Positions 39,034 through 51,381 of a stretch of 64,000 bases of DNA are shown here, one piece after another. The DNA is from Paramecium tetraurelia. Lineage: Eukaryota. Both the position numbers and the translations under genes were made by a program. Every line of letters starts with the position of its first letter. The stretch's first letter is position 1. The notes under the pieces were generated by a model that was given only the letters and a program-made list of their open reading frames with translations, had not been told where the DNA came from and ran no database searches. The DNA lies in assembly GCA_000165425.1 (NCBI GenBank), contig CT868108.1, positions 310,001-374,000 on the forward strand, read 5' to 3'.

Positions 39034-39540
39034 TCACATTAAAGTGTCTGGTATGAATTTTACATAACATTTATTGAATCTCACCACTTTTTACACTTTT
39101 ATTTTACTTGGGATCTTTCCTGAAAATACTTAATCATCTTTTAAACGTTTTCTTTTCAAAATGCTATTTGGGATTTTCTCTGGAAGTTTGTTATTACTTT
39201 TATAGAGATTTCTCCTTTTGTACACACATATTGATGTTTAAGAGAAGTATTTTGATTACTAAAGTTGGTATAGTTCTTTGACTTCATTTTCATCATTCCT
39301 AAGAATTCTCGTATTTGCAATTACTAATTCCTCTTCCAATTTACAACATTCTTCAAAAAGATTCTCTAAATTGTCATCTTCATCACACCACTTCAGAGAA
39401 TTACACAAAAAAGTTGATTCTATTGTTTTAGGTTGATATAAGTTTCGTATTGGATTATTAAGTAACAGCATCTAAGAATCTGTGTGAGAAATAGACAAAT
39501 CCAAGTCTTATTAAAGTGAATATCCTGCTGCACATCCCAT
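39034..39540 (-). CDS. small hypothetical protein (168 aa) with N-terminal MGC and C-terminal SILK/KVVRF motifs
   Basis: Intronless 507-nt ORF MGCAAGYSLQ...PNSILKRKR...QKVVRFNKCYVKFIPDTLM*. Confidence 0.75.
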
Positions 39541-40431
39541 TTATGCTATTTTAAATTAATATAGATTATTATGATTTCAATGAAGATATATTACATTGTA
39601 GCAAAAAAAATAATATAATTTAAATTAATTGATTAGAACATTAGAATTAAAGGCTGTTTAATTATGAATAACAAATTGAATTTAATAGTTGTAATCTTAA
39701 ATTCTAATTTAAACTTTCTTCTTATATTCTTAATAAATTCACCTCTTAGTATCTATTACTTATTTAAATATATAAAATCAAGAATTTTTATATGAATCTA
39801 TCTATTCATTTTATAAATGGATTATTTGATACAAACAAGTAATTTCAGTACTTAATATACAAACAAAACAATTATCAATTTAAATCAGAAATAGTAATTA
39901 TCCTATGAGTACCTTATTAGTATAATACATTGAACTATATATAAAATATTAATTATCCTTCAATATGTAGTCTAGATTCAATAGAATATCTTGTTAGATT
40001 TGACATCAAAAGTACTTTCAAATTCATCTAATAAACAGTATTAGCATTTCAAGGTACAGTTCTTATAAGTCTTTATTTTTATCCCCCTAAATTTACTATT
40101 CTTAAGATATCACTTAAAACCCTTTCCAAAAGTCGTTTGTTTTAAACAGAAGCATTTTAAAAATTAGTCATTAATATACAGTCTTAGATGTAGTCTTTTT
40201 TTTGGAAACCTTCTCAATTTTTGCATACCATAATATACTATTCATTTTACCCACCCATATACATCAGATATATCACAAAATATATCTAAGAAGATTGTTT
40301 TCTCAATCTAATCTAATTATGAGATGAGAAATAACTTATTAATTTAAAATTAACAACAAATACAAATTTTAGAATTTAAACTTAATTAAGTTGAATTTGA
40401 GGTTTAAATGTTGATTATATATATTTAATTA

Positions 40432-43400
40432 TCACCTCCCCATTCTCATTTTTTAGTCATAGGAGTATAATTTGCAAGGCGAGGTTTCAAGTTGTTACTT
40501 GAATTTAATTTCTTTGAACTATCAAATTTTTATATAGATGATTCTTATCTTTTAAGATAATTGTTATCAGAGAATTATGAATTAATTTTTTATAATTCTT
40601 TAACTCTTTAAGCCAATTCCTTACTTTCACTATAATAATTTGACATATCATCATTTTAGACTTGTATTTTGAGCAACCTAATTTTCAATATCTATTTTTA
40701 CCTATGTAAATCAGCAATCTCTTAGTTTTAAATAATTTTCTAATCTTCATATTCTCGATTCAATTAATCAAATTACTTTGTTTTCTTTTCTAGTTCTTCT
40801 GCTAATTATTCACATTATATCCTAAGTTATTTGTTCTCTATCTTAAACTAACTAATCTCTGATTCAGCTGAAGCAATTTGTAGTTAAATCTTTTCAATAT
40901 CTCTTTGACCTTTCTATCGAGTGGCTTTTATCTCATCCTCTTCCTTTCTCAATCTAAGAGTAGTTAAATAATGTATATACTTATTCTAAAGATCAGTTAT
41001 TTTTTATTAATCAGAAGCTCTTTCTTGTTCAATGTCTTCAATTAAATTTTACAATTATTTATCTTTTTAATTCACAATTTAATTGACATCATCAAGCGAT
41101 TGATATAATTTATGAATAACCTCTTCATTTTAAGCTACCTAATCCTTAAGATCTGATTATTCCTATCTAAGTTTTATTTGCTCTCTTTAGAATTGATTGA
41201 CCAACAATTGAACTTCTGATTATTGTTACTTTACTAATTTGGCAATTCTACTTTCTGTCTCCTACGTATTGGACCTATTAAGAGTTCTTAATTTTTCTAA
41301 TTCATTTTATAAATTATCAATTTAGCCTTTCAGATCTTATTAATGTTACTGCTTTCTCTCATACTTCTTTAATTGTTTTGTTAATTCTTAAATTTGATCC
41401 TCAAATGAATCTTTCATCTATAATTGAAAATCATAATAAATTACATCATTCATATTTTTCAAAGTACTTGATAATTCATTTTCAATGAGCATTCCATTGC
41501 TTTTCAATGTTTTATTTTCATTCTTCAAATTTGTAATCAAAGCTGATTAATCTTCTAAGATGACTTGTACCTTCTATAATTCATGCAATAACTCTTTATT
41601 TTCATCCTCCATCTTTTCTTTTGCATCTCTTAAATTCTCTATTTACTATTCAAATTATTTTTAAGTCTCATCTAGAGTTTACTCATATGCAGTTCTTAAA
41701 TGTGATGCACTTCCACTATATTAATCAAATATTTCATTCCTTATTTTTAACTTATAATAGAATTGATATTGATACTATTTCATTTTCATGTTATATTTCC
41801 TTTCTGTTCCATAAATCTTTCACTTTAGTGACAATTGATGCGATCAACAAATTGTCTTCATTGTTTTTCATCCTAATGATTTATCTTAAGTATTGTTCTA
41901 AACTGGCATGTTCTTATTTTATTTTTTAGAGTTCACTAACAATTCGTCTTTTAATGTATTTTCTTTATTCCTAATTTATTATTAATAGTTTACTTTGATA
42001 GTTTTCACATACTTTTAATGTCTTTACATGAGTGATTCATTGTTCAAAATCAATTGATTCTTTTATTTTTACTCAGTATCTAATTACTTTTTAATTTCTT
42101 CCTATTTTTATTCTTATAACTCCTATATATTAATTAGTTTGTCTATTTAGATTCTTAATTAATCATTTTCTTCTGATAATTGTTAGGCATTGCGCTTATA
42201 ATTTTGATATTGCATAAGTTCCTCTTCTAATTGTTGGAGTTCCTTACTTTTGTAATTAAGTAATTTTTCGTTTTCTGATGATTCATTCAATAATTTTTCT
42301 AATTATGAGTTTAATAATTGAACTTTATCATTTTTGGTTTTGTTTTCTCCCTCCAACTATCTGTATTATTCCATAAGTTCATCCTTTTATTGCTTTAATT
42401 ATTTTTAGATTTTAAGAACTTCACTTTAACGATTACTTACGTCATTCTTTAATTCTTCAATATATTCTAATTATTATTTGGATCTCTCTTACAATCTTTA
42501 ATAATCAGATTCCAACATCTTAACTTATTAAGTTAATTAAGATATCTATTTATTTTGATTATTAATGGTTTCTTCTCTTGCTAAAAGTTATTCTTAAATT
42601 TCATTTCTATCTTTAACATCCAAATGTAATTTATTTTGTTGTCTGTTCCATAGTTCCTTATAGTTTTCAAATTCATCCTGTTAGTTTTTCATAAGAGCAT
42701 CCTACTCCCTAAGTTTTTAATTCAACTCTGTTATTTTCTTTTATAGTTCTTTGACTTACTATTCATATTGGATTTTAGGAATATAATTGCTTTCAATTTA
42801 TTATTGTTATTATAAAACTACTGATTCAAGTTCACTTTAAACTCTATCCAATTCATTCAATAAATTGATTTTTTACTTATCTGAATCATCACATTATTGT
42901 TTGTTTATTTATTCGAATTAGTTTCTTAAACTATAAATATTTTTATCATGAGATTCTTTCAAATCATCAATTGACTTTTGAGCTTATTGTAATTGTAGTT
43001 GATTCTATTATTACAATTCATTAATCTTTCTTTAAAACTATTGAGTTTCATTTTACAACTATTCAGCATGGTCCCTGATGAGCTAATCTAATCTAATTTA
43101 TAATTATTTGGCATTTTATTTGTGGAATGTCGATTTCTCCTTTTTCCTTTGTAATTTTTAACTTAATTTATTGATTTCATTCTAAAAGGTCTAAGCCTCC
43201 TTTTCCAACCTTTTTTCATAATCTCCTTTTTATTAATTGAATTGTAAAGTTACTGCTTCTAATTGATTTTACAAATTTGAAATAGTAAATTATGTCTTAG
43301 CTTCTGAATCAGTTGACTTTTTTTTATATGAAATCACCTCACCCTCTAATTCTTAATAAATTTTATTCAATTACTATACTTTTAACTACAAATTTTCACT

Positions 43401-44242
43401 TATCTTATGTAATTATTCTATCTCTTAAACTTGCTATTTATTAATTTATTATAATTTTTCATTTGTTTAAACTAATTATTCATATTCTTCCTTTAGAATG
43501 TTATACTCTTTAGCAGTTGTCTAGAGTTGTTAAATCTCCTTGGCAGTTTAACTAGCAGATGACAGTTTTTATTCTAATTGTGAAACCTTGTTATTCCTAA
43601 ACTTAAAATTAAATCATTACAGTTAATCATTATTCTGTTATAAATAAGAAATTTGTTCTTAAGCCTATTGAACCTAATTTTATGCCTAGGCTTCCTTGTC
43701 AGCTTACTCATCCTATAGAACTTATAATTCTATTGCTAACTACATATTTGACCATAATGATACTTTTCTTTTATCTTATTCAATTTTTCCAAATTCCATT
43801 TTGAGATACGCATATTAAGAGGAGAGCTTTTCTATCAGGACTTCTCTTTCACTCAGTATTATCTCCTCGAACATCTCTTTAACTCTTTGATAAACAAACT
43901 CTTGTGAGGTGATGTCTTGTCTCATAGTGTCAATTAATTCATCATTCATGATCTAAATTTGTACATTGAAATATCTACCTTATCGAGTGCTTCCTTGACA
44001 GTTTCGAAGAGTGTTTGATATTTCATATCATAAAAGCTTCGCATTGTTAAAATTCTTTCATTATATTAAGTTTCAAATTCCTATTTCAATTAAACCTCAA
44101 GAGATGATGCATGATGTGGCGATCCAAAGGATGAACTTTGCAGATTCTTTCGAGAAGCCTCGATATTAATATTTGATTTTGCTGGAGAAAATCCTGTAAA
44201 CGATAGAGTCTGTCTATTTTTTAGACTTTTATCGAAATTCAT
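40432..44242 (-). CDS. very long coiled-coil protein (~1200 aa), possibly cytoskeletal or basal body
   Basis: MNFDKSLKNRQTLSF... then continuous Q/E/K/L heptad-rich sequence with many Gln-coding TAA/TAG and a few short introns. TGA 40432-40434. Confidence 0.8.
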
Positions 44243-44347
44243 TTATTTCAAATTTAAATTAATATAACAATAAATTTATATATATTACTACCAAGCCTAG
44301 AACTCTTCCTTTAAGACAAATAATTTTATTAATTTAAACTTGATATT

Positions 44348-46616
44348 TCAACATGACAACAATAATTCAAAATCATTTTTATTCATAAAGTCATCATTAC
44401 CCATTCTTTTAGCTGGAAATAAAGGATCAATGATGAATCTCATAAGATTTTCTAAAAGTCCTGTAATTATCTTAGTCAGAACTGGACATCCAGTCTCTAT
44501 ACAAGGATTAGTATTGAATTCTATGAGTATTGGTTTAAAACTGCTAGAAATCATAAAATCTAAACCATATAATTCGAATCCTAAAATTTGTTCTTCATTT
44601 GTGATTTTATCAATTGCTGATTGCGTGGCCAATTTAGTAAGAGCCTTACTTAATTACTAATTAAATACCTTCATATCAGCATATAATTCATCGAAACTTA
44701 ATGAGGTATTGTTTTACTTGTTATGCTCTATTAAATAAGCTTAGAATTGATCATAAGAAACCTTATTTCCTTTTTCAAATTTCCCATAGCCATTTAATTT
44801 ATTCTATATTGCATCATTGGTTAAGTGTATTTTCTGATTGTCTAAAGACTCCAAAGTAAAGAAACTACTTGATGTTCTCAAATAGCCTTTTTTGTACCAA
44901 TAAACTAATAAACTATTTCTATCAGATTAGGATACCTCTTTTAACTCCATTCATAATAGTGATTAAACAATATCCTCTTATGTCGAATTTTCTCTTTTGA
45001 TATAAAAAAGGATTTTCGATGTATTTTTACAGAATAAATGTATGGCCCTATTGAGAGATGTGTTGGACAATTTCTGACATTTAATTTGAGACTTTAGATT
45101 ATAAGTTTAATTTAAATACCTTTAATTCCATTGCCCCTGTTACTATCCTCTCCTGGTTTTATGATCCATATATTCTTAATATCTTTGTCTAAAGCCAGAT
45201 GTTAGAATGTTTATTAGAAACTAATGAATTCTCGATCGGTTGGACCATGAATATGATAAGTCAATGGAATGTAATTCCATACATCAATACTCTATTCTGA
45301 ACAATATTCAGAGAGATTATGGAATAGCCATTTCTTGTCACCTAATTGATGGCCACCCTTGAGATGGTTATGAATACGAATGTTCGTTGTCTAATGATTT
45401 AATTGGGTTAACTCCTTGTAATTGTGTAACTTTAATTCATATATAAAATATATACATTATTTAAGATTGGTGGACTATCTATATTATATTCATTTAATTT
45501 CTTTTTTGACTTCCCTTCAATCTTATCCCAAGCCTATTTTATCACACTCATTTACTAAGAGTCAATCCAACTATTAATTTCCTCAGATATGATAGTTTGA
45601 GCAATGGGTTTAATTTCTGAAGGTTGTAGATCAATGAATTTTTGAGTCCATACAAAATTGATTTCAGCATCATCATCTATTGAATTTGCAATACTCCATT
45701 ATGGTCTTAAGTTAAATATTCCTTTTATCATCATATGGTTATTGCCTCTGCCTACAAATAACTTATAATATTTTTAATGCAACGCTGGAATTACTTGAAT
45801 TCCATTACAAAAATTAATTAATTGATTGATTTCCTAATAACTTGGATTCTGTATAAATTTAGTAAACCCAATGTCCCAAAATCTAGTGTCATCAATCACT
45901 ATCTTTTTTGCTTTACAAAGAGGAACTTACACTTTCTTTCTCTCATTATCTTTAGAAGGTGGACTTTTAGTTTTTTCTTTTCTAACTAAAAGTGGCATTA
46001 ATTTTTCTTGTTACTTAGGTGTTTGATCCTTTTATATTTGTAGAACTTAGACTTATTTCACTTAAATCAATTGACCTTTTAGTTATTCCAACTCGTATTC
46101 TTTTTGAGCCACTGATTAACATCTCTATGATCTTTTATAGTACTTTTTTCTTTGGAGTATTCTTTGAAACGTTAGATTATCATTTGCTTATTTAGTTTTT
46201 CTCATTAATTCCTCCAATAAAGATTGATTTCTGCTCTTCCTATTTTGTAATTCATAGATCTGAGACAAAATATCATAAGTTGTCTAGTTCTTTGAAGTAT
46301 GTTTTTGTAATGGAGTCAATAATTAGGTGTCTGTGACCTTCAGTTATGACTTATTTGGTGATTCAGTTTCATTTTCTGTGATATTAGGTCTATATTAACT
46401 TTCTATTTATTGGAAACTGCCATTTTTTCTCATTGAAGACAAAAACTATTTTATTCCAGACTCAGCACTTCCCTGAGTATTAGAAATATACCCTTGGCAC
46501 ACTTAATTTGATCCCATCTACTTTTCCCATAATTCTTATCTTCTTTTATGAACTGAGTTGTTGTCCACAGATTTTCCTATTGATTCTTGTTCTTTTGAAG
46601 GACCCCTAGCTCTCAT
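44348..46616 (-). CDS. tubulin-tyrosine-ligase-like (TTLL) polyglycylase/polyglutamylase family protein
   Basis: WIIKPGEDSNRGNGI, QKYIENPFLYQKRKFDIR, GYLR, IHLTNDAIQ, FELYGLDFMI, LIEFNTNPC. Upstream FVGRGNNHMMIK. Confidence 0.93.
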
Positions 46617-47300
46617 TAATAATTTTAATAATATAAAATGATTATATAAAATTTTGTTGAAGAAATAGTTATGACAACAAAAAATAAGAAAAGACTTTTG
46701 AAGACCATTACAATGGCAATCATGCAGAAAAGGAAGCGATATTAGAACGAATTTTTAAAAAATAATAATAATTCTTATTAAAATACTCTAATTTAATTAA
46801 TATAAATATTTTAATGGAGTATTTTAATAAAAATGAATTTCATCGGGTTGGTTAAATTATATTAAGTTATCATGTATCTTAATACAAAATAGGAAAAAAT
46901 GATCTATAGACAAATCTCTCCTGTTATTATGCATCAATATTATTATTTATTAATACTAATATCCATTCTTGTGGATAAATTATGTTGTAATAACTTTAAT
47001 GAGACAATATTTATGGGTTTAGAAAAGTAATAGACAAAATATTAGTTGTAATTATTGTGATTCAATTAAAATTTAACGATGATACTTTAAAATTTAAAGT
47101 TAATTATTATGGATTGATTTTGACAAAATATTTAAGGGAATCTATTGAAAATCAGATTATTAATTTGTAGACACAAGGGAAAAAATTGATTTCTATAATT
47201 TAATACTTTTTAATATATTTATGAATTTACAGTAATTATGCAATCACCAAAATAAGAATGTTAATTAATTAAAGTATTGAAAGCTTTGTAATTTTGAAGT

Positions 47301-49562
47301 ATGCATAAGATTGGTCATTGTAATATCTAAAGATAATTCTAGGGATCTCAAGAATGGATATATTTGGGTAATCAATCACATTAAGAATGAATAAGCAAAG
47401 CTCATATAAAACTGTTTTTGGAGGCTGCTCCTCTTTAATTTTGCTAGTAATTTTAATTCTGATATTCTCATCAAACATAACATCCTTTTTCAACAAAGAA
47501 AGTTTGAGTGCAACTGTTTTAACTGAATTTGAAGAAATTCCATCCTTATCAATTATAGATGATTCATTTTTTTTATTCGCTGTTCAAATAGATTAAGATG
47601 ACTTTTTAAAGAAACCTTTTTACGAAATCAAAATAGATTAGTTCCGTATCCAAAAGTTTTTGAACGGATCTTCAATTTAAACTTAAAAGGAAGTTTAGTT
47701 GATACCTTGCACTTTAGATCGTTTTAACAAAATATTCTCTTAATTTGGAAGAGATATGACAGACTAATTCAACCAGTTTAAATTACATGATTTTTTGTGC
47801 TTTGAGTAAGTGGTTCTAGATATATTTGTAGCTACAACCAATCTTTTTCAATCTAAGGAACGTATTCAAGTATAATAAATAAATAACTCATCTAGATTTG
47901 GAATTTGAATTTTTGAAAATATAAGTGTAAGAATGTAGTAATAAAACTAATTGTGCTTCAAAAGAGGAATTACAATAAGAGGTTGATAAAAATGGAGCAT
48001 TTAAAATTAAATTGTTCCCTATTAATAAAGTAAAAGATTAAATGATATAGACTATAGATATTGAACCCTTACAAACCAGAAGATAATTATTTACAAACAT
48101 TTTTAGATGACTCCTTTTTCTTTAGATTTCTTCCCTCAAACATTTATAAGTCTGTAGATTTATTTATCAAAGAATACGAAGTTACTAATGATCAAAGTCT
48201 CTTGCCATTCAGTTAATTGGAATAATCATAGTTTTACACACTAGATTAATCAGAAATTAAAGAGAGAACTGAATTATAAAACAGTCAATCATCTTTTGTA
48301 CAAATCTAGATAAGGAAAAGTCCTTATAAAATAAAAATATTTAGAAAATATTTGAAAATAGATGAATTATTATCTAATTTAGGAGGCATATAATAAATAT
48401 TTATTTTTTTTGTTGGAACAATTCTAACTATTTACAATAGATTTCAACGTAATTTAATAATAATATTTTATAGTTCTGGTTGAATTAGCAAATAAATTAT
48501 ATGAATTTACTTTGGTATCTTTTCAAAAGGAAAAATATTACTAAGAGAATTTAGATTTGGTGAACCAAATGATTTATAATAAGTAAGAGAAAATGCCTTT
48601 TTAAGAGAAGCCTCGAAATTCAGATGTAGATTTAGAAATATAGCCCTTGCATCAGAGTACCATAAATTAAAAATCAAAAAATGAGCTACTAAAATTCAGT
48701 GAACAAATGAGTCCCTCTTCCTAATAATAGCGTAATCCACTAAAGAAATAAACTGAATTTGCCTTAAAGAAAAATAAGTTCATCTATGAATAAGAAGCTA
48801 TGGCATCAAAATTAAATTGTTAGAATGGATTAGAATATTTCTAATTACAAATTTAACAATTAATTTAAAGGTCTAAACCAATCTTGATGACTTTTCAAAT
48901 GTTAATTAATTTTTTAACTTGTTAAAAAGTATTTAATAATAAGAAACATATCTAATTGATGAATCAAGCAATGTAATTTATTTTATATTTGTTGATTAGC
49001 GATAAAATCACATAATAAATAGATCTATTCAATATCCTTACAAAATTGAATGACCTTGAGAAACTTAAAGAAGTGATATTCTCTCCACAGTAATTATTGA
49101 TGTTCAATTTCACTCCAAAACCATTGATATCCTTGGATAATAAAACCGAAGTATTCAACAGGACAATAGTGGAGGAGAGGACAAGAAGCAATAATACAAA
49201 ATAGTAAAGTATATTATCATTTATAGGGATGAAACCTCTTCAAACTCCGAATTCTAAAATAAAACACATTACAATCTATAAGCTGATGCGAGGATGTATT
49301 CCAAAATATATTCGGTATTCATAGTAACTATTAATAGGCTTATGATGATGTCTTGCAAGAGGCTGAAAATGAACAAGACCCTTCTATTTGCAACAATTTG
49401 AGTAAATAAATAATTCTCAAATTGGGTGCTGAAGTATAAACTATCTTTAAATTATCGAAACTTATAGACTTTCACCAGAATTAAAATAATACTAGGAGGA
49501 GGGGGATGACAGCAGAGACTCTTAGAAGAGTATTATGTTCCAAAACAAATTTATAAGAATGA
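47301..49562 (+). CDS. ciliate-expanded two-transmembrane protein with large extracellular loop
   Basis: MDIFGQSITLRMNKQSSYKTVFGG + TM1, a Cys-containing loop, RKYLKIDELLSNLGG + TM2, and a cytosolic tail with DLFNILTKLNDLEKLKEVIFSPQQLLMFNFTPKP. Confidence 0.8.
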
Positions 49563-49674
49563 TTATATACTTATTCTTAATATGTTCTAAAATAAGAATG
49601 ATGGTAATGTTTAAAGAAAAGCTTAATGTTTTATTTGGTGTATTTATTATATTGTACTAAAATATTAATGCTCA

Positions 49675-50349
49675 TCATTTTTTTGTTGCTTTCTTGGCTC
49701 CACCTCTTTTTGAGTAGAAGACATCGTCTCTTCTGAATTCAAATTCTAATTCTCTTGTTGTTAATAATTTATAGACAGCTTTGATTGCATCGAGTCTTGG
49801 TTCGACTTCATTTTTATCTTATTCATCCAAAAAGCTAATTGTGAATATTGAATAGTACATTCTATAGAATTTAGTGCCATCGACTCTAACTCTTGTTCTT
49901 CTTCCCAAGATGGTAGATGGTGCAACAAGATCATCAAGAAGTCCATCATAGACAGATGTGAGTGTTCTTGAATTTGGTCTTGTTTGAGATCTGTGACTTT
50001 TAACCCACTTGCTTTCAATTGTTCTCTTTGCAACAACCAATATTGTTGCCTTCAATCTCTTCTCTAATTCTGGTAATAATTTTGAGCTAAGCAATTTACA
50101 CATATGGATACCTCACTTTATTGTAGATTGATAAGCATGGATGGGGGATGAATACTAAATAAACTTGGCTTCTTAGCATTGATTTTTGCTGTATAATCAA
50201 CAACTGATGAAACCTTAAGATTCTTGGCTTCTGTGACTGATTGCTCGATTTAGGTCAATGCAACACCAACTTATTATTCCAAATTTGTTAACTCATTATT
50301 GAACATATACTCTTACTTCACTTTTTTTCCAGAACTTATTTGCTGCCAT
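49675..50349 (-). CDS. RPS7: 40S ribosomal protein S7 (eS7)
   Basis: LLPELEKRL...VVAKRTI...RPNSRTLTSVYDGLLDDLVAPSTILGRRTRVRVDG...YKLLTTRELEFEF. Tandem TGA TGA. Confidence 0.96.
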
Positions 50350-51306
50350 TCCTGATAAAAATTTGATTTTTTATTTAAATCTTTTTATTAATTATTTAGG
50401 CACATTTTTATTAGCAATTCATTATCATCTACAATTCATCAATCCCGCATCAGATCTATGACTTGTTCAATTATTCCTAGTCACTCTACATCAAGTCAAC
50501 AAATTATCATTTCAATTTCAATATTATCCCCCTTTGTATTATGGCATACTTATTAAAACTAATTTAACTTGACTTTATTCTCTTAATTAATCAAATTCAA
50601 AATAACATATCATTTTTAATATCCATCATCACTTTTATATATCTCATTTTCAGTCTAACCTAAATAGAGTAGCTAAGTTTAATCATTTTAGAATGTTTTT
50701 CAGAAAAGATACCATCAAAAAAACTCCAAAAATTTTACATCTTTTATTAGCTAGAAATAAGTTTTAGTGTTATGATGAAACAAATTTTCTCTGTTTTATA
50801 TGTTTAACAAGGGATGGCTTTAATAATATTTCAATAATTGTTTATATTTTATAAAGTTTAGTACTATTTGCTAATTTATCTAAAATTCTCAATGGATTTA
50901 CTGTTTTATCGCTTTATCTATGATTGGGGATTATAATTCAAAATATATTTTCTACTTATTTTTAATATCAACCTCTTAGGTTTATTTTGTCTTTAAAACT
51001 CAGGGTAGGAACAACAATAAAGGATTTAATTTAAAATTCTAAACTGAGTAATAAATATTTAATTATTTAATTTCGAAAAACAAACTATAATTTAAGATAT
51101 GATATTTATTAAACCCAAAAAGTTGTTTTGTTTTAATTTCAATATTAAAAATGTTTAAAAATTAAATCCAAAGTCCAAAATACTGTTTTTTTCAAACTAA
51201 ATTTATAAAGATATTTGGTTTTAATTTAAAAATCGTATAATCAATATATTTTGATCGAAAAGCAATTATAATTTTTTATAGAATTCTTTTTAATATAAAT
51301 TTGAAC

Positions 51307-51321
51307 AGAATTTTCTAGAAT
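51307..51321 (+). promoter_or_regulatory. heat-shock element (three contiguous inverted nGAAn units)
   Basis: aGAAt-tTTCt-aGAAt, 60 nt upstream of the Hsp90 ATG. Confidence 0.75.
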
Positions 51322-51381
51322 TAGAATTGGAGTATAAAATCGAGTTCCATCGATGCATATTTTTAAGTTTAAAATTTAGTA

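Noticed and set aside
50400..50700. Possible box C/D snoRNAs (TGATGA and CTGA words on the minus strand) upstream of RPS7
   Set aside because: The boxes are not properly paired or spaced, with no terminal stem or recognisable rRNA guide. The segment reads more like decayed coding sequence.
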